From the human T2T-CHM13v2.0 reference genome, Homo sapiens: 64,000 bases of DNA. Shown here in pieces: positions 62,001-64,000 of the stretch. The translations under genes and the position numbers were made by a program. Location of the stretch: NCBI RefSeq assembly GCF_009914755.1, contig NC_060927.1. One strand, given 5' to 3'. Below the pieces are notes generated by a model that was given only the letters and a program-made list of their open reading frames with translations, did not search any database and was not told the origin of the DNA. How positions within the stretch are numbered: the stretch's first letter is position 1; each line of letters begins with the position of its first letter.

Positions 62001-63482
62001 TTTCTACAAAAAGAGAGTTTTGAAACTGCTCTATCGAAAGGAAGGTTCAACTCTGAGAGTTGAAAGCACATATCACAAAGAAGTTTCTGAGAATCCTTCT
62101 GTTTAGTTTTATATGAAGAAATCACGTTTCAAACGAAGGCCACAAAGGGGTCAAAATATCCACTTGCAGATTTTACAAAAAGAGTGTTTCAAAACTGCTC
62201 CATCAAAAGGAATGTTCAACTCTGTGAGTTGAATGAAAATATCACAAAGTAGTCTCTGACAATGCTTCTGTCTAGTTTTTATGTGAAGATATCTCCTTTT
62301 CTACCGTAGGTCTCGCAGCACTCTAAATATACACTTGCAAATTCCACAAAAAGAGTGTTTCAAAACTGCTCTATCAAAAGAAAGGTTAAATTCTGTATGC
62401 TGAATGCAAACATCACAAAGTAGTTTCTGAGAATGATTCTATCTAGTTTTTCTATTAATATATTTCCTTTTCCACCACAGGCCTCAAACCGCTCTAAATA
62501 TCCACTTGGAAAATCTACAAAAAGAGTATTTCAAAACTGCTCTATCGAAATGAAGGTACAACTCTGTGAGTTGAATGCACACATCACAAATAGGTTTCTG
62601 AGAATTATTCAGTCAAGTTTCATATGAAGAAAACCCGTTTCCAAAAAGGCCTCAAAAAAGTCCAAATATTCACTTGCAGAGTCTACAAAAAGAGGGTTTC
62701 AAACCTGGTCTATCGAAAGAAAGTTTAAACTCTGCGAGTTGAACACACACACCACAAAGTAGTTTCTGAGAATTATTCTGTCTGGTTTTTCGATGAAGAT
62801 ATTGCCTTTTCTACCATAGGCCCCACATGGCGCTAAATATCCCCTTGGAAATTCTACAAAAAGAGAGTTTCAAAACTGCTCTATCGAAAGGAAGGTTCAA
62901 CTCTGCGAGTTGAAAGCGCACATCAAAAAGAAGTTTCTGAGAATTCTTCTGTCTTGTTTTATAAGAAGAAAATACATTTCACACGAAGGCCACGTAGAGA
63001 TCCAAATATCCACTGGCAGATTCTACAAAAAGAGTGTTCCAAAACTGCTCTATGAAGAGGAATGTTCAACTCTGTGATTTGAATGCAAATATCCCAAACT
63101 AGTTTCTGATAATGCTTCTGTGTAATTTTTATGTGAAGTTATTTCCTTTTCTACCATAGGCCTCAAAGCGCTCTAAATATACACTTGCAAATTCCACAAA
63201 AAGAGTATTTCAAAACTGCTCTATAAAAAGAAAGGTTAATCACTCTAAGCTGAATGCATACATCACAAAGGAGGTTCTGAGAATGATTCTGTATAGTTTT
63301 TCTATGAAGATATTTCCTTTTCTACCACAGGCCACAAACCGCTCTGAATATCCACTTGGAATGTCTACAAAAAGATTATTTCAAAACTGCTCTATCGAAA
63401 TGAAATTTCAACTCTGGGATCTAAATGCACAAATCACAAGAAAGTTTCTGAGAATTCCTCTCTCAAGTTTTTTATGAAGAAA

Positions 63483-63499
63483 TCCCGTTTCCAACGAAG
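63483..63499 (-). promoter_or_regulatory. Canonical CENP-B box
   Basis: tcccgtttccaacgaag. Confidence 0.9.
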
Positions 63500-64000
63500 G
63501 CCTCAAAAAAGTCCAAATACTCACTAGCAGATTCTACAAAAAGAGTGTTTCAAAACTACTCTATCAAAAGAAAGGTTAAGATCTTTGAATTGGACGCACA
63601 CACCACAAAGTCGTTTCTGAGAATCATTCTGTCTGGTTTTTCTATGAAATTATTGTCTTTTCTACCAGAGGCCTCAAACGGTGCTAAATATCCACTTGGA
63701 AATTCTACAAAAGGAGAGCTTCAACACTGCAGTATCGAAAGGAAGGTTCAACTCTGTGAGTTGAAAGCACACATCCCAAAGAGGTTTCTGAGAATTCTTC
63801 TGTCTAGTTTTATATGAAGAAATCACGTTTCAAAAGATGGACACAAAGAGGTCCAATTATCCACTTACACATTCTACAAAAAGATTGTTTCAAAACTGCC
63901 CTATCAAGGGGAATGTTCAGCTCTGTGAGTGAATGCAAATATCACAAAGTAGTTTCTGACAATGCTTCTGTCTAGTTTTTATGTGAAGATATTTCCTTTT

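Larger units (their letters stand above)
54631..64000 (-). repeat. Alpha satellite, pentamer-type domain; most regular from ~59.7 kb onward
   Basis: Equivalent spurious ORFs start at 61582, 62433 and 63283 (spacing 851 and 850 bp). Confidence 0.9.

Overview
This window is primate centromeric/pericentromeric alpha-satellite DNA, almost certainly human because it carries an AluYa5. It holds roughly 360 diverged ~171-bp monomers, all in one orientation (reverse complement of the usual consensus). There are no genuine protein-coding or RNA genes; the short ORFs are translations of the repeat. Two retroelements interrupt the array. One is a 1.5-kb 5'-truncated, 5'-inverted L1PA2/PA3-type LINE-1 (1002-2502, 14-bp TSD). 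The other is a near-intact AluYa5 (54334-54630, minus strand, 16-bp TSD). The satellite is not simply monomeric. Diagnostic bases show two interleaved diverged higher-order patterns: a ~680-bp tetramer (about 1-6500, 37450-41500 and 46800-49000) and a ~850-bp pentamer (everywhere else). On top of these I see recent tandem duplications, dispersed paralogous patches, a 189-bp near-identical tract 39 kb from its partner, and microhomology or templated-insertion repair scars. I found no evidence of a novel gene system; the interest lies in the readable history of satellite turnover. All comparisons were made by eye and block boundaries are approximate.
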